From positions 1-25,433 of the IMG/VR virus record IMGVR_UViG_3300010398_000043: DNA of 25,433 nucleotides; one strand, 5' to 3'. The stretch is from a virus (Duplodnaviria > Caudoviricetes). The notes under the pieces are model-generated. The model searched no databases. It had not been told where the DNA came from and saw only the letters and a list, made by a program, of their open reading frames with translations. Below are positions 24,901 to 25,433 of this stretch, in pieces; positions within the stretch are counted from its first letter, which is position 1; every line of letters starts with the position of its first letter. Both the position numbers and the translations under genes were made by a program.

Positions 24901-25433
24901 TGAACTCCAGGCCAGCATCCAGCGCTCGGCCGAGACCAACCCGAGGTTGTTCGACCAGTACCAGCGCGGTGTGGTCACCCACCAGCAGCTGATCAAGGAA
25001 CTTGCGCCCGCGCTGGGCCTGACGCCCGAGCAGTTCCTCAAGAACCCGGTGACCAAGGCGTACAACGAGCAGGAGCTTCTGGCGCTGCGCGCGGCGACCC
25101 TCGACAAGGTGGGCGACCTGACCGACGCGGCCCAGAAGATCGCCGACGCGGGTGGCGTCAGGAACCTGAGCCCCGAGGACAAGGTCGATTTCGTACTCAG
25201 GATGAACGACGCCCAGCGGCTGATCGCCACGGCCAGGGGCGCCGCCAGCACGGCCGGGCGTGCCCTCAATCAGCAGCGCATCAACGTCACGCGCGGGCTC
25301 GCGCGCAGCATCACCAGCGGCAACGAGGCCAAGGCTGCCCAGGCCGCCGAGCGCTCCGCGCGCACGAGCGCAACTCGAGCCGAGCAGATCGGGGGCGCCG
25401 TGGACGACCTCCAGGCCGAGCGCTCGGCCGTGG
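21941..25433 (+). CDS. Large virion/ejection protein with lysozyme-like and C39-peptidase-like domains (partial, >1160 aa)
   Basis: Own translation from ATG 21941 (MTLPDIPEDEWRQYE...); no stop seen where checked. AESG...GRGLFQF...AERP at ~22790-23035, and SQF...ACGPAA (Cys codon 23237)...GHY (23477)...GYD (23501). Confidence 0.85.
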   Translation, partial: MTLPDIPEDEWRQYEVDQFNQQAQQRIDALGFEHAANAQIATLGAPPAPSATDLSAQAPAPADLLARTGGWAAPAAPPPPPPPEPAPQPAEVQPTPPEPVAAPAPSEPAPPPETLPSQPPAAATGPSAPVTAPLQSPSPQVTGQPPPSMAPPPTQDQGQRDVFGDALTAAANAGADVGAFANDFAGRMAQGAGDTFGHALTAVSNAGGDVANFASSFTPPPPPPPPAQPAVSPSPSLSAAPSQAGTASVTGVPDWLATLIAQNAPPELANNPDFIRTVAAGAKAESGWDVNSIQKGGGGRGLFQFDLGGMGAPYAGNEQQLLGQSGAQLQASQIVPLYAKAYQSAPQALSGADKASWVAAQAERPAGYTDPGSAARRNYASAYDQIGGADQPLWQQAGNAIGGAVSGVRQAVANQVSQFGDKQLSSDEAYAACGPAAAVRFASMFGRNPTLREATDLAASVGWTSGAGMAGIGSEKSLMDKLGIPTRLVGPDLGAMAREALTGNPITISTPGHYFFADGYDPQSGAFHVGQSGLDLRGGSEWMTPDQMQARMGQIQGALFADNPQSPAPSTADQGSNPLGFLDRAKDALGSTWSSVMQPAQKWWSDDQDVNLLNQAARKAYSLTSDLDTSGVSGALHTAADLAGQAPSPLTGGTLAEAANLPGVQGAQAFLGGAASELGRQGASVIESRLGTPERALGTYERALLSGGASLADVGMAINPGDIATAGFEAAGVPGHEQMGFSIPTPLGNIDVGPREVLGQLAGLAIPAGGEEEGARLAGQAAREVGRGAEEVLGRGLGALERISPAEIAYATSRRAGESDADYLARVAAEATQEAAGQAGTRELGRSPEEAWAAMRKATAEEMGTTPTPTLEDLIANPDKIHRAAPVTEGGTNGLVDAQGNLLSKPTPIEQLVSADQEEEPISQLLGPSGQLLSTVAGGKVPKFRVGAGLPIESIIRTVEGTRDMPAPSAETLQRMPNLMHLANGDPELQASIQRSAETNPRLFDQYQRGVVTHQQLIKELAPALGLTPEQFLKNPVTKAYNEQELLALRAATLDKVGDLTDAAQKIADAGGVRNLSPEDKVDFVLRMNDAQRLIATARGAASTAGRALNQQRINVTRGLARSITSGNEAKAAQAAERSARTSATRAEQIGGAVDDLQAERSAV

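Larger units (their letters stand above)
1..25433. mobile_element. Temperate phage/prophage genome segment (tailed phage, probably podovirus-like)
   Basis: Integrase, repressor, excisionase, recombination/replication genes, terminase subunits and portal in phage-typical order. No host housekeeping genes and no att boundary seen. Confidence 0.95.

Noticed and set aside
1-25433. tRNA, attP core, reverse transcriptase/DGR, introns or inteins
   Set aside because: No T-loop cloverleaf, RT motif, template/variable repeat pair or intein motifs were recognised by eye; tRNAscan and Infernal were not run.

Overview
A high-GC temperate bacteriophage or prophage segment; the host cannot be assigned from the sequence. 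From left to right it carries: (1) small leftward genes, a ParB/Srx-fold gene and a tyrosine integrase; (2) an XRE repressor with a divergent switch; (3) a rightward early/replication operon (excisionase-like HTH, Rpf/SLT-like transglycosylase, RecT-like annealase, second ParB-like protein, VRR-NUC nuclease, Zn-ribbon protein, AAA/RepA-like helicase) ending in a TGACAC iteron cluster, the likely origin; (4) a leftward 4.5-kb accessory operon with a GP88-type Cys-cluster protein, a C5-cytosine methyltransferase and a TGT/DpdA-fold protein, most genes preceded by a repeated GGAGACCCAC motif; (5) TerS, TerL, portal and putative ejection proteins, including a >1160-aa ORF missing from the ORF track that has lysozyme-like and C39-peptidase-like domains and runs off the window. 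The most interesting signals are the candidate DNA-modification operon, a 27-bp repeat giving two unrelated enzymes the same N-terminal LLPGSGKTE peptide, and a strong excess of CAGCTG alongside apparent avoidance of GAGCTG, GAGCTC, CTGCAG and GTCGAC. All family calls come from motif recognition by eye, not database searches.
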